This document shows positions 50,401 through 62,400 of a stretch of 64,000 bases of DNA, piece by piece. The position numbers and the translations under genes are program-made. Below the pieces are notes generated by a model. The model worked only from the letters and a program-made list of their open reading frames with translations. It was not told the DNA's origin and searched no databases. The stretch comes from Phoronis australis (Eukaryota > Animalia > Phoronida), in NCBI GenBank assembly GCA_002633005.1, contig NMRA01000584.1:130495-194494 (forward strand), written 5' to 3'. Each line of letters starts with the position of its first letter. Position 1 is the stretch's first letter.

Positions 50401-53400
50401 GCGATATCTGTTGTCCTGACAATCTGAACAAAGAGTAATATTCTGTGGCCTCGTTGGTCAGTATTGCAGTATAGACAGTTATCATACTGCGTTTCATTGA
50501 TTCAGAAGACAGCAGTACTACTGGCCAGTGGCCATGTTAGAATAACAGTTATAGTGCAGGTGAGACCAAGTGGGTGGTCACAGCTTCGTTATTGCATTAT
50601 GTTGTCCTCAAAGATTTTGCGTAAAAATGAAAGTTGCACTTGTTGAGTGAATTTTTATTGACCTTAATAACTTTTCAGAGTACTGGCAGAACCTGGTGGT
50701 GCTAGCAGCGACATTTTCGGAACCCGTGGAACTTCGTATCCTCAAAGAGAGCAGCCAGCGAATCAAGCAGCACCACCTATGGAGCAATATGAGCGAGCCA
50801 AGCCGTCGCACAGCATTCACGAAAACAATGACATCTTTGGTAGCGGAGATAAGAATGCCATGCACGTTCCAGAACCCCACCATGGCCGACGTATAGGTAC
50901 TTGCGCGAGGTCTTGAAAGTGTTTCTGTGCACTTAAAGCAGTTTTTCTCTCTTATCTGTTTTGAGTAGCCAGCGAGATGTTCAACTTCAAAAAAAATAAC
51001 ATCCAGTTCGGTGTAAACGTCATCATTCAATGTTCTACACAGCCTGTTTTGCAAAGTCATGAATCAACCTTATAATTTCCAGTAGGTCTTCTTTTGCTAT
51101 AAACATATTAGCGAGCACAAAATCAGGATGTTGGTACTTCATGCAAAGTTGGGCTCTTAAATTATAAAATTCAAAATATTGTGGGTGTGTGCTTAACTCT
51201 ACAGAGCCAAACAATAGCCTGGCACAGTGTGCGCTTAATTGAAAATTACCAAAAGTAGTGGATGGGTGCATAGCGGAGCAGTGGGTGCTTACCGTTANGG
51301 GGGGGGGGCGTATTCACAGTAAGAATTTGATAATTCCAACTCGATGTCATAGTTTAGGTTTTTTAAAAAATTCATCTTCAAAGCAAAAAATGACAATTTT
51401 CACAACAATAGTGGTCACGTGGTAGTCGTAGTGCGACGTCTTAGGCATTATTTGCTATCTTTCAATTATGATCATAGATACAGAAAATTTTGAGAGTTTA
51501 AAATGCACACTCAATCAATTGTCAAGATATTTATATTTTCTCTTCAAATACTTGAAGGTCTCAAACCAAAGGATGAGTCTTCATTAAACGTAATGGGTGG
51601 ATCACAGGTAGGCGGTGACCCTCAGGTACGAGGTGACTCCAAGACGATCTCGCAAGAAGAGGCCAAGGCTGCAGTGCAAGGTCAACGATTCAAAGCCAAG
51701 GGTCAAGGTGGGTGTCTTTGGTACCGTATAGTGGTGCCGTGGATGAAATCTAATTTGCATTCATTTTTTTGTTTCAGCAGTTCACAAAATGATATACAGC
51801 CGGTTTGAGAATAAACTGGACAGCTTTAAAATGTGACACTCTTTCGGCGCACAAAATCATGCTAAAGACCCAGTTTGTTGTATTAGAATCAGTTTCATTT
51901 TAGGCTAATCTAGCCAAAATTTTGACAGGTCTCGTTCAATGCGAAGGATGCAATAGCGTCACATTAAACTCGATCTTGTGTTTGACAAAAATGCCACAAA
52001 AGTTCAACTAAACTGGACAAACAATTCTGGTGAGACGATTGTCCACCAAGTTTGACAAAACCCTGTCTAGTGTTCTTCAGAACTCAGTCCAGTTTATTTT
52101 TAACAAACTGGAACGTATACTTTGAGATGACAATAATGTTCGTATTAGACTCTTCTGATTCTCTTGCTTTGCTTAATTCTGAACAAGTTAAAAGCATTCT
52201 TTTATAGCTAAATTTACCACTATAGATTCAGCTTTGATCTGCATGAGACATTGCAGTTCTGTACACTTTGCTTTTATGTTGCCCAGATAAAGGGCGATGA
52301 TTAGTAATGGTGATCGTGCTTTTCAGATTATGTGCCGTGACTACACCGTATCTTTTCAATGTTTTGTCTTAGCTGCTGGAGCTCTTCTGTTTTTGGGGGG
52401 CTCATATCTGCACAGCTAGCTACCTGGTCAATCATTTGTGGGTCATGTAGTGTCCCTAATTGCTCACAAATGTAGTCCTGGTAAAATGTATAGACTATTG
52501 TCTTTTATTTCTGTTCTGCATGTATTCATTGATCACAACTGTTGACCTGATAAAATGTGTAGGCTTACCGTATTTCTGTGCTGCGTATTCTTTGCGCCCA
52601 CAGATTTATATGTGGGTGAATAGTGCTGTCATCTCTGTTTGGGCATCCGGCATCCGCAGCTGAATCTCCTAAACCTTCATACTAGGTTCTCGATAACATT
52701 TGGCAGATGTGTTCCTATGAAGCTGACAATGGATGAAGGCGAGTTTCGAACCTGTCTGACTGCTGGTGTGCCCCCTTATGGCAATTTTAGTTTTTACGTT
52801 TACTTCTGTATCTTCGGAGGTCCTTAAGGATTTTCATAAAGTTTGGCAGTTAGTCATCTATTAGTGAGGTGTTTTCGGATGGATTCGAGGTAATTTGCGC
52901 TACATAGTGGCCATTTTTACTGTTTTTGTGTCTGTTTTTTGCCGTCTTTCCCTCTGTAAACCAAACCACTCGGCAATTTTTTTATTCCCATGCCCATATC
53001 TCCTAAACCCTCTGCAGGATATTTAGCAAGTGTATTTATATGAAGTTGACTAGGAATGACAACGACTTTCAGACGGATCGGACAAACACTGTGCCCCCTA
53101 GTGGCAATTTCTTTTTTTCTCTCTGTGTTTCTTTGAAGCTGTTATCAGATTTTTATGAAATATGGTAAATAGCTTTCTATTGAAACAATGACATGTTCCT
53201 GTTTTCAGGTGGATTCGACATATTTGCATCATCTAGTGGCCATTTTTTCTGTTTTTTAGCTTTTTTTGGCAACTGCCCCTCTATCAACGAAACCACTCCC
53301 ACTCTGAAGACGATCGTGAAAATTGGCATGTATGTTCTTAGTGTGAAGAGGACTGTTGACGATGATGTTCCGACAACTTTAACTATTATGGCACCTCCTA

Positions 53401-56400
53401 GTGGCAGTTATTTTTTGCACATAGTCTCCTAGTGGGAATTTCATTTTTTTTTTTCGTTTTCCTTGGTTTCTCGGAAGTTCCTTGACAGATTTGCATGAAA
53501 TTTGTTAAATAGCTTTGATGACGTAACAGTTTTCGGATGGATTCGACGTATTTTTCGCCGTCTAGTGGCCATTTTTGATACAAATAAACATCCCTAGAAG
53601 CACACTGTTTGCAGTGCATTCGTGGGTGCATTTCAACGCTGCGCATTACTTTTGTTTAGGAAAGGGCAATAATCGCTGGACCCCTGTAACTGAAAACAAA
53701 ACTGCAGGTGGTTCACACATGTTTTTGCGCTCTACCTGCAAAGTATCCCATATAACAATACCGTGCTGCCTTTTAATGTCATGTGACTGCTGATACCCGT
53801 TCAAAAGTCTGCTGCAAGCCTCCTATTAACATTTTCTATGCTATAGGCTTCCCACTGTTACCCTGTGAAAGGTTTTCCAGGGAAAGCTGGTCTATTTCTA
53901 CAGCTCCCTGACCTAGTATTTCTGGTTTCTCTTCCATTGTCTGTGTTGAGAACTGGTAGTCTTTGGCAATTATGTTAAAACTTCACGTGCGAGCATTGGT
54001 GGCAGTTGCAAAGTGATGGAATGAAAGAGGAGAATAAACATCAGATTTGCATTGTGGGTACTTAGAATGGCCACCACACACAATCTGAGCTTTAGAAGTG
54101 GTTTTGCTGAGATAATCTTGGAAATATGCAGTTTTCGAACTTCTCTAATTTAAACTCCGGTTTTGCTGCCACATATTTGCACCTGGGGTTCAGCTCAGGT
54201 GACCTCCCCTAACTCGTAGAAATTCAGGGCACTTTTAGTCTGACAAGTGATTTGGGATAGCTAATGTTCAAAATATTTGTTAAAGACTGAGGACTAAAGC
54301 CGAATTGAATTTTGGCCTTGATACTTTGGCTCACATTCATTTGAGATTGTTGGCTTTCTCGGCACTTTCTGGACAGTGTTTACGTGTGACGTATCCTATG
54401 AGGATCTCAATTGTTACTTGTCTGTGTGCGGTTCGCAGATATCTTGAATACTTCCATGTACTGCTGCCTCCTTCCCTTCAAGGAAGTCTTGAGTTGGTTT
54501 AATTTTGCCCGAATTCAAAAGATTCTGTAGGTGGCCTGACCCCTTGTGGTGCTCTGAAACAACCAGGCAACATCCACAAGTCTTCACTCGACTTTTGCAC
54601 CCAAAATTTCTTGACAGTGAATGCTGGTTTTAAGTGAAATAAAAATGCCGTTAAGTACTCTGGTTCATATGATTGGATGTCATTGAATCCACAACAAAGC
54701 ATAAATTTGATATCTTACTGCACTGTTTTAATAGGCCTTTTGGCTTCAACTGGGCTTGTTCGCATAATAAAAAGAGAAACACAACTTTTCTCCTGTTTTA
54801 GCTATCACTGGCTCAAAAGTATCACTATATATTATAGTTGCATACGTCATAGTTGCATGTTTGAGTTTATGAATTCTGTCGCTAGTGCCACCTAGTGTGT
54901 GGTCTATGAAACATAGTAGACTTGCTCCGATGCTGTCTTCTCAGAACAACTCGATTTTTTAATACCTTTGCCACTGCATTACAGTGCAGGTCATGAATTT
55001 TTGTCCAACCAGAAGTACAGTCGCCTCCAGCAAGGTGAGCAATGGTTTGCTAGAAGCCGTTAACTCGATCCAAACAGCGGTCGACACTCGGGTGACAAAT
55101 CATCAGCACAAGCTTTGGCTCATTCTTTGGAATATTGTGCTCGCCATAAAAACTGGTGAAAATCAGAAAGCGCAGGATCTGGCACAATAGCAGGTGTTTT
55201 AAAGGGGTTGTTCAAGAACCTTTATTGAAGCCAGCACTGAAATACATGTAGGGCTTAAACACATATTGTTTCAATATATTATGTCTCTTAGGTTGTTAAT
55301 CGTCTACATGGACAAGCTACTAATAGGCATACACTCAGATAATCCGATTAATTCCCACTTACTGACTACAGATATGTTTTATAGTGCAGTTGCACTTTGC
55401 TCCATTTTTGTAAGTTTTCTATTCTGAATAATCACAAGAGTAGCTTACTTGAGAAATTTGCTATTAAATGGTTATTGAGTTTTTCAAGTAATGTGCCCCA
55501 CCAGTCATTTGAAACTTGTAGTGCTGGAGTGTGTGCAGTGCTGTCTATTTCTTATCTCAATTAAGTTTCATGAACCAACAAGGCGAGTGAACAACTTAAA
55601 TTGTTGAATCAAAAACATGCAATTTCTGTAACCACAAATTTTCCTTACAGCATTATGGCTGAGCCTGGCATGCGTGTATCCTTAACCCTCGCGAGGAAAT
55701 ACAACAGCATCGCATGTACCCGCACTCTATAATTTATCACCTTTCTTCTAGAATCGTCACAGTGCTTTTATCAATATAAAGAAATTGGGAGAAGTTTAAT
55801 TCACTGTAATGAGATGTGGTATTCTCTGCAATCAGTTGATTACTTATAGCCATCTCTTTACAACATTATTTGCTTGAATTGGTCTTGTCTGTTCAAGTCA
55901 TCCCTTCTGCTGTCTTCAGGCACACAAGATCTTCCTCCAGTAAAGCACATGTCTGGCATTTTCTTACTCTGTATCTGTTATGGTCTCTGATCTCTCCACT
56001 GGTCCTGAGTTCACACATACATAGTCTATAGTTAGTTAGTTGCGTAGAGTTGCCCATTACAATAAACAAGTGAGGGTTTGGCTGAGTACTAGATGTTTGT
56101 GCCAAAATGGCCGGAATTGGCGTAAGATACCCAGAACATTGCATGTGTCTTTTTACCTTCAGCACAAACCCATAACCCGCTGAATTGGCTGGCTAACAGA
56201 GGCTACGAAAACACACAGCCCAAATGTTGGGACGATCAGCCGACTCCTAAAAAAGTGCCAGGAAAAGGTACCGGTCGTTATTAATGGTCCGCCGTGATTT
56301 ACTAACGAGTCCCTGTTATGGTTGAGTTGACACCGTTTGCTGTTTCCAACACCCATGTGTGCTAATGGGAGTCATTGCTGCCTCAGGAGCTTGTAAAATT

Positions 56401-59400
56401 GAAGTGAAATTTTAGTAACTCAAAATTACCAAACGACACAATTTGGTCTCGAGATGTTATGGCAACAGTGACTTGTGTGGAAAGCTGCTTTAGTCCAAAT
56501 TATATTTATGCTGGTAATCAACTTGTTTCTCTTAACTCGGAAGAATGCTGGAATTACAGCCTAAAATCTCATCATTCTTTGAGATTTCCCGCGCTGAAAT
56601 GTTAAGTCGGTTGCTTAGCTAGAACTCGTGGCATGGAACGCAATGTTAAACTACGGGTGGTGAATGAGTTTTCGTGATTGCAGTCCAGACACATAACCTG
56701 TTTACATGGCAGCCATACCCGGGCTTTGACGATATCACTCCCGTCGAACGTACTCCTATAGTTATCAGGATGAAAGGAAAAGGTACACAGTATCTAACTT
56801 AGCGCTGTTGTTGTACACTGTAGTTGCTGCTGCTTCTCATGTTGGCAAGCGCGCATGGCCTTGCATAGATAGAGACACGTGCACGCACTCGGCTTGGTTC
56901 ATGCATTAGGCATGTTGTCATTATTGTAGGTAACACGTAGTTGATAGAATAAACTAAAGCCACCACTTCACAGATCTCACTTGAGCAGAGTTGTGTACAT
57001 GAATGGGTATCTTTATGTCTCAGGTGCCAGATTCCTCCTGCCAAGGGAGTATGAGATTGATGTCCGCAACAGAAGTCTAGGTGTCCATGGATTCTGTCCA
57101 GGCATTCTGGTTGCCTGCTTGAAGATAATAATGTGTAAAAAGAATACTTCATTTTCCTGTGTTATTTCCAGTCTCGTCTGTTGGTTTCAGTAGTCTTGCC
57201 AAGCATAGGAATTTCATGCTTGTGCAGGAAGTAGAGGTGATCTTGCTAGACTTGTCTTTAATGTGCCCGATTTCATCCAAGTGTAAGACATGTCTTGATT
57301 GGAGACCCACTGGTATTGCAGAACTTCAAGAGAGGAGCAGGCATCGTTAGCACTCTTGGTATATTCTGTGTCCTGTCGGGCGGATGGTCTCGAGGTATCA
57401 CAACGCACACTCCACAATTGATGCACTGTGTCGTTCTTCACAGATGGTTGCCATACCCTTGAAACTCCAGCATCATCACTGTCTTCATCATCAGATATCC
57501 ATTATATCACATGCTTCACCACTGTCACTCTTGACTTCTGATGACAGTAGTTGAATTCCCATCACTGCTTCTGGCACCATATTCAAACTTCTTAGTCTAT
57601 CAAGTTTCCAGGCAGAAAGCACCAAGTGTTTTTCACTAGTAATCAAACCAACACACTAACACAAAGACAAGTGTGGAAAGCGGACCGCTTGGCAATGTAG
57701 ACCCATTGATTTCATTTCCTTGATGCTAGTTTCTCAGTTGGGCATAGTGTTCAATGCTCAATGCACTACAGTGACATCACACTTTGCCTTGTGGTGGTGC
57801 AATCAAGCGGACAGTGCAAGGTAACTGGATTGTCTCCCACCATCTGTTGTCCCCTTGATACATTTAGTAATTGTTCACCAAAGGAATGAACAACTACACG
57901 CCTCATAGTTGTACGTGTGCAAAGTATAATGATCGAGGGATTTGGCATGGTGTAATGCGACATGCGATCGCACATTGGGATTACACTTGATTGTATAATT
58001 ACTTTGGAGCATCGGAGAAATAAGAGACACTATTCCATTCCTTGTGCCCGTCTGATGAACTACGATCCAAGCTGTGGCTAGCAGCAGGGTTCCAGGACAC
58101 AAGCCATTAGTTCACCAGCCTCAGTCTATGTCTTTGTCATCAATAATACCACTGGTTGTGTATCCCTCTAGTATCTTCCCACAACCCAATCACGTGGCGA
58201 CCGGCCGAGGACTCCAAAGACTACTGGTACGGCAACAATAAGTCACCAATGAAACCCATGGATGGCCAGCCATTGGACCAAGAGCGCATCAACAGTGCCG
58301 CTAGACGAGGCCAAGGTACCTCTTGCGTGCTTGTGGTGGATTCGCCACGAAATGTCGCGCCTAGCATTTGTGTGCTCTTCTGTGCAGTGATTTTGACGAT
58401 CTTCATGTTTTGTTTTGCTTTGAGTGATTACTAACAAAAGACGGAGAGAAGCTGAACGCTCTTCACTCTGTGCTAGGCAGGTTTCGTCCATTTTCCGTCT
58501 TCATCATTTCCCGCGTCGTGACCTGCCGGACTTCCAATATCTGTATGAGTTTTTCTTGTCGATGTTTCTGTTTGCTAGAAGTGTAATTTCATTTCAATGT
58601 AACCTGCTTCGCACACATAACAGCCTCACACTTATTGTGACTCAACCTCCAAGTTTTCATACGACATCAATGTTTTTATAATTTTTGACACTTAGTAATT
58701 ATGATTCTTGCGTAGTTTTTTTTATTGTGATTTACTTTTTGGTTTCCAGTGTCATTATCAGCATTAGTATAGCTAGTTATTTCAATTTCATTGCTTTGTT
58801 TCAGATAAGAAGCACTCTGGTACTTTTTGTTCACTGCTGTTGAGCCAATTGTTCATGCGCGATACTGAGTCAGTGGACGTGCAGTGAAATTTTGAAATTC
58901 GCAGTGTTCAAAGTTTCGTTCACATACCATCTACTTGGTTTATTGTTCATATTTTGTTGCAGTTGTTGAGGTGCCATGTTCCGCTTCCTCTCATTTCTGC
59001 TTTCAGGACAACTGTGAGAAGTATAAAGTGATTGAACTCGGGCTTATTTTGTCTGATTTATCAGCATTTTCTAAGAATTTTGCAGCAGTGGACTAACGTT
59101 ATTTGAGCACTTGTTTTTTTGTCATGTACTAGCATAGGGGAAAACTCCTTCGAAGAACAGGCTGTCCTGTTCGATTTGTGACGTTGAAATTTGAAAGGAA
59201 AATGACAAATCATCCGTATGCTGTGTAGGAGAAGTATTTCACTGAATTTTGCTACTTTAGCAAGATTTTTCCAGTAATTTAAACTATCATAATCAATACT
59301 AATTGAAACATGTATTGCACTAAAAAGTGTCAAATCTACAATGTTTTGTGGCGTGACAAAATGATTGCCAAAAGGCAAGAGATTGCGTAACAATCCAAAA

Positions 59401-62400
59401 AGTTTTTTATCTAGCTTTGTTGTCTTTTGTTACAAAACATCTTGTGTGCAGTATGCATTGACCTGTTAACGGATAGCGAGACACTTGATATACATGGAGC
59501 ACAGTGTGATAGCAGTCATCGTTAGCATCACTCTCAGCAGACGGAGATATACGATATGTTCACATACCGTAAATATATTTTAGTTGTATTTCTTGCTGCC
59601 AGAAGCTCAGTTCTTCTTAGATCCGTGTTTAACAGGTAGCGTCTATCCCAAATCGAATGGCACGTTATTACCTGCATGGGTTTTCTGGTTGTAAATTAGA
59701 AGACTAATTTCCCATAAATGTTTGCTCTGGGATGTGCAGACATATTACTAGCCTTTTATAGGTCAATGGTGATAACTGATGAAGGTTACTTGAAATACAT
59801 GTAACTGTGTGGTTGGTAAGTTATCTAGTAAGCCAAACTGGACAAAACAAATTGTTAAATTTTGTAGATTATGCAATCTTAAGGGAGCAAAAATACTCGA
59901 GCAATCAGTTATGGCTATTTCCAAAGCTTAAAATCCTGGCGATATACATTGTTTGTAGAATGTTATTATTGTGTCTAATTGTTGTGGTTTAGCAGAGTTC
60001 AAATTTGATGTGCCCAGGTACTCATGGTGCACGCTAAACTACCAACTAAAAGCTCTTCCAGTCAACCCATACTGATTGGGGTAACCAATAGGTTTTTAAT
60101 GAAAACATAAATCCAGATGGAAATTGTGCTTTTCTATTGGCTGCGTTTGCAAGTTCCACATTTCACCTGAGTGTTGCACTTTTTCCAATTGTTTGGCTCT
60201 TGAACCTACAATTTTCTCGACCAAATTTGAACTCTGTTGTATGGTTGATCCATGAAATTCGCTGTGCTGTGAAAGATGACTGTGGGCACCAGACCTATAT
60301 AAGCTGTCAGCGTGTGCCTTTGCTGCATCAGTATGCATCGGTGACTATTCATGTTTTGTGTTCTCTTCAGCGTCTGCCTATAACCCGGTCAGTTGGTCAC
60401 TCAACCCCGGCCAGTCCGACGAACCCTCGGAACCGTTACGCTCGCCCCGCGGGCACGGTCTAGGCCCCAAAGGTACCCACTTCCCTCGACACAGGGAGAA
60501 CACAAGTCTGCATCTTTAGTTGGACGTCTTGCGTAGTACACATCTATCCAGTGATCACTGATAGTTTTAAGTGATGCTGCCAAGTATAGTGGTCAAGCAT
60601 TATTTGTCGGGCAAAAACGAGGGTTACGTTATATGGGTTCTCTCTTTTGTCTAGCTTTGTGTTTTTGTGAAATTCCATTGATGTGCAGAATCAGTGAAGC
60701 TTTTGATTATTGTCAGTGTGTGAAATTTACAGATATTTTGAGAGGATTGTCATTGTAATGAATTCATTGAATCTAGCCGAGGCTAAAAAACGAATTCATT
60801 GACAGCTGAGTGTCAGTTGTTCTAGCAGTCCAACTATTGAGGGGACTTGTGATCTACTCTCTGCCTGTCGCCTGGTGTTGTGGGCTCAGTGTAGTTCTAG
60901 ACATGCTGTAGGCTGTTGGTGTTGTGGGCTGTTTAGTTGCAGACGCCCTCTAGTGGGATATCCTCTATTGGTAGTGCTGGCTTTCTAACCCTGACGCTTG
61001 GTGTTTTCTTATGTAGCGCTATTTCTTTTCTCGTAGATGTGTGACTCTGTCTTTATCTGTACTCCTTGTTTATTATTTTTGGTGCCTCTGATACCCTTAT
61101 TTGAGTGTTTTGCAGTGTTCTTATTATGGTGATGCATTTCGGGAGCCGTGCAATGTTGTGTCACTTGGCAACGTTCTTTCTTGTATGCAACTTTTTTTAG
61201 TGAACATTCACTTTCCTAAAGTATGTGTTTCGATCAGCTGTTTCTCAAATGTTCTACCAAATAAGTTCATGCTTTTAGTGAACAAACTTATGCTAGGAAG
61301 TGTTATTTTTTTCTGACAAAGACACCGGAAATTGGTTTTCTTGAAAAATTACGCTGCATGGCAAAATCGCATTGAAAAGTCACAAACAACTTTTTAGATA
61401 TAAATCCTGCATGCCAGAATGTATCAGTGAACCCATGTTGAATGTTGTATTATTATAAACTGGAATCTGGGTTCTATTCACTCTGAGCTAGTTTGATCAT
61501 GTTGCAATTGCCTGTACATGTCAATATTCTGTGAGGCCTTGTCAAGGTCGTGACTGGCTAACTACAAAACAGAATGCAGTACTACTGTACTAGTCATCCT
61601 GTGATCTCAGTTGCAGGCAGCACCTGCTATGTGTGGTGTGATTTAGAGCATGTAACCTCACTGCAACTAAGAACTGTTGGCGGACCCCGTACCTTGGAGA
61701 TTGTGGCCATTAATGTTGGCCTCTGATGTTTTTGCCTGTCGTTTACTGTTTTCCTATAACAATGACAATTGATTGTACTTGGACCCTGTAGTCAAAACAT
61801 CATACTGAGAATATGTCCACTTGCGTACTTTGGAACGTAAGATGAGTAGCCAATCGCACTACAGTTATTTCCCTTGTAAAAACCCTATTGTGTTACCATC
61901 AGTTGTAGCTTATTACTATTAAGTGTACAGCCTTACACAGCCAGTAAAATTGGTGAAAAGTGTTTCCATTCAAAAGTTTGTTGACATTTCTAACATTGCT
62001 GCTGGTATGTCCGGCCAGTGTGGTGCTGTGCAAGGAATATTTGCACATGGCCATTGTACCAAGAATGCACTTTTCGCGCTTCGAATTTCTGTATTCACTG
62101 ATGGGCGATCTATTTTAGCGGCGGCCGACCAGCTGAGAGAATCAAGAAAATGTTCATCATTTCAAGTCACATTGAAATCATTCTTTACCCCTTTTTTATT
62201 TCCTTCTACTCATCCCGCCGAACCAGTATAACACAAAGTCTGCCCATCCAAGAGAGGGGCAAGATGGTCTGTCTGTAAACCACTGGCGTAAGGGTTTAGT
62301 TTAATGACTGTGTGTATCTACATGCAGGTCCTAACGTGGTGATCGGTGTTCACAGGTTCTTAAACAGTGATTGCACTTGCTTTTAATGTTTTGCTAACTA

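Noticed and set aside
50696-50896. ORF MVLAATFSEPVELRILK... and antisense ORF 50608-51060
   Set aside because: Wrong frame or antisense shadow of Jupiter exon 2, whose true frame reads VLAEPGGASSDIFG
55676-55686. GTATCCTTAAC resembling a U12 donor or branch site in the Jupiter intron
   Set aside because: No matching U12 partner site or compatible exon found; probably chance
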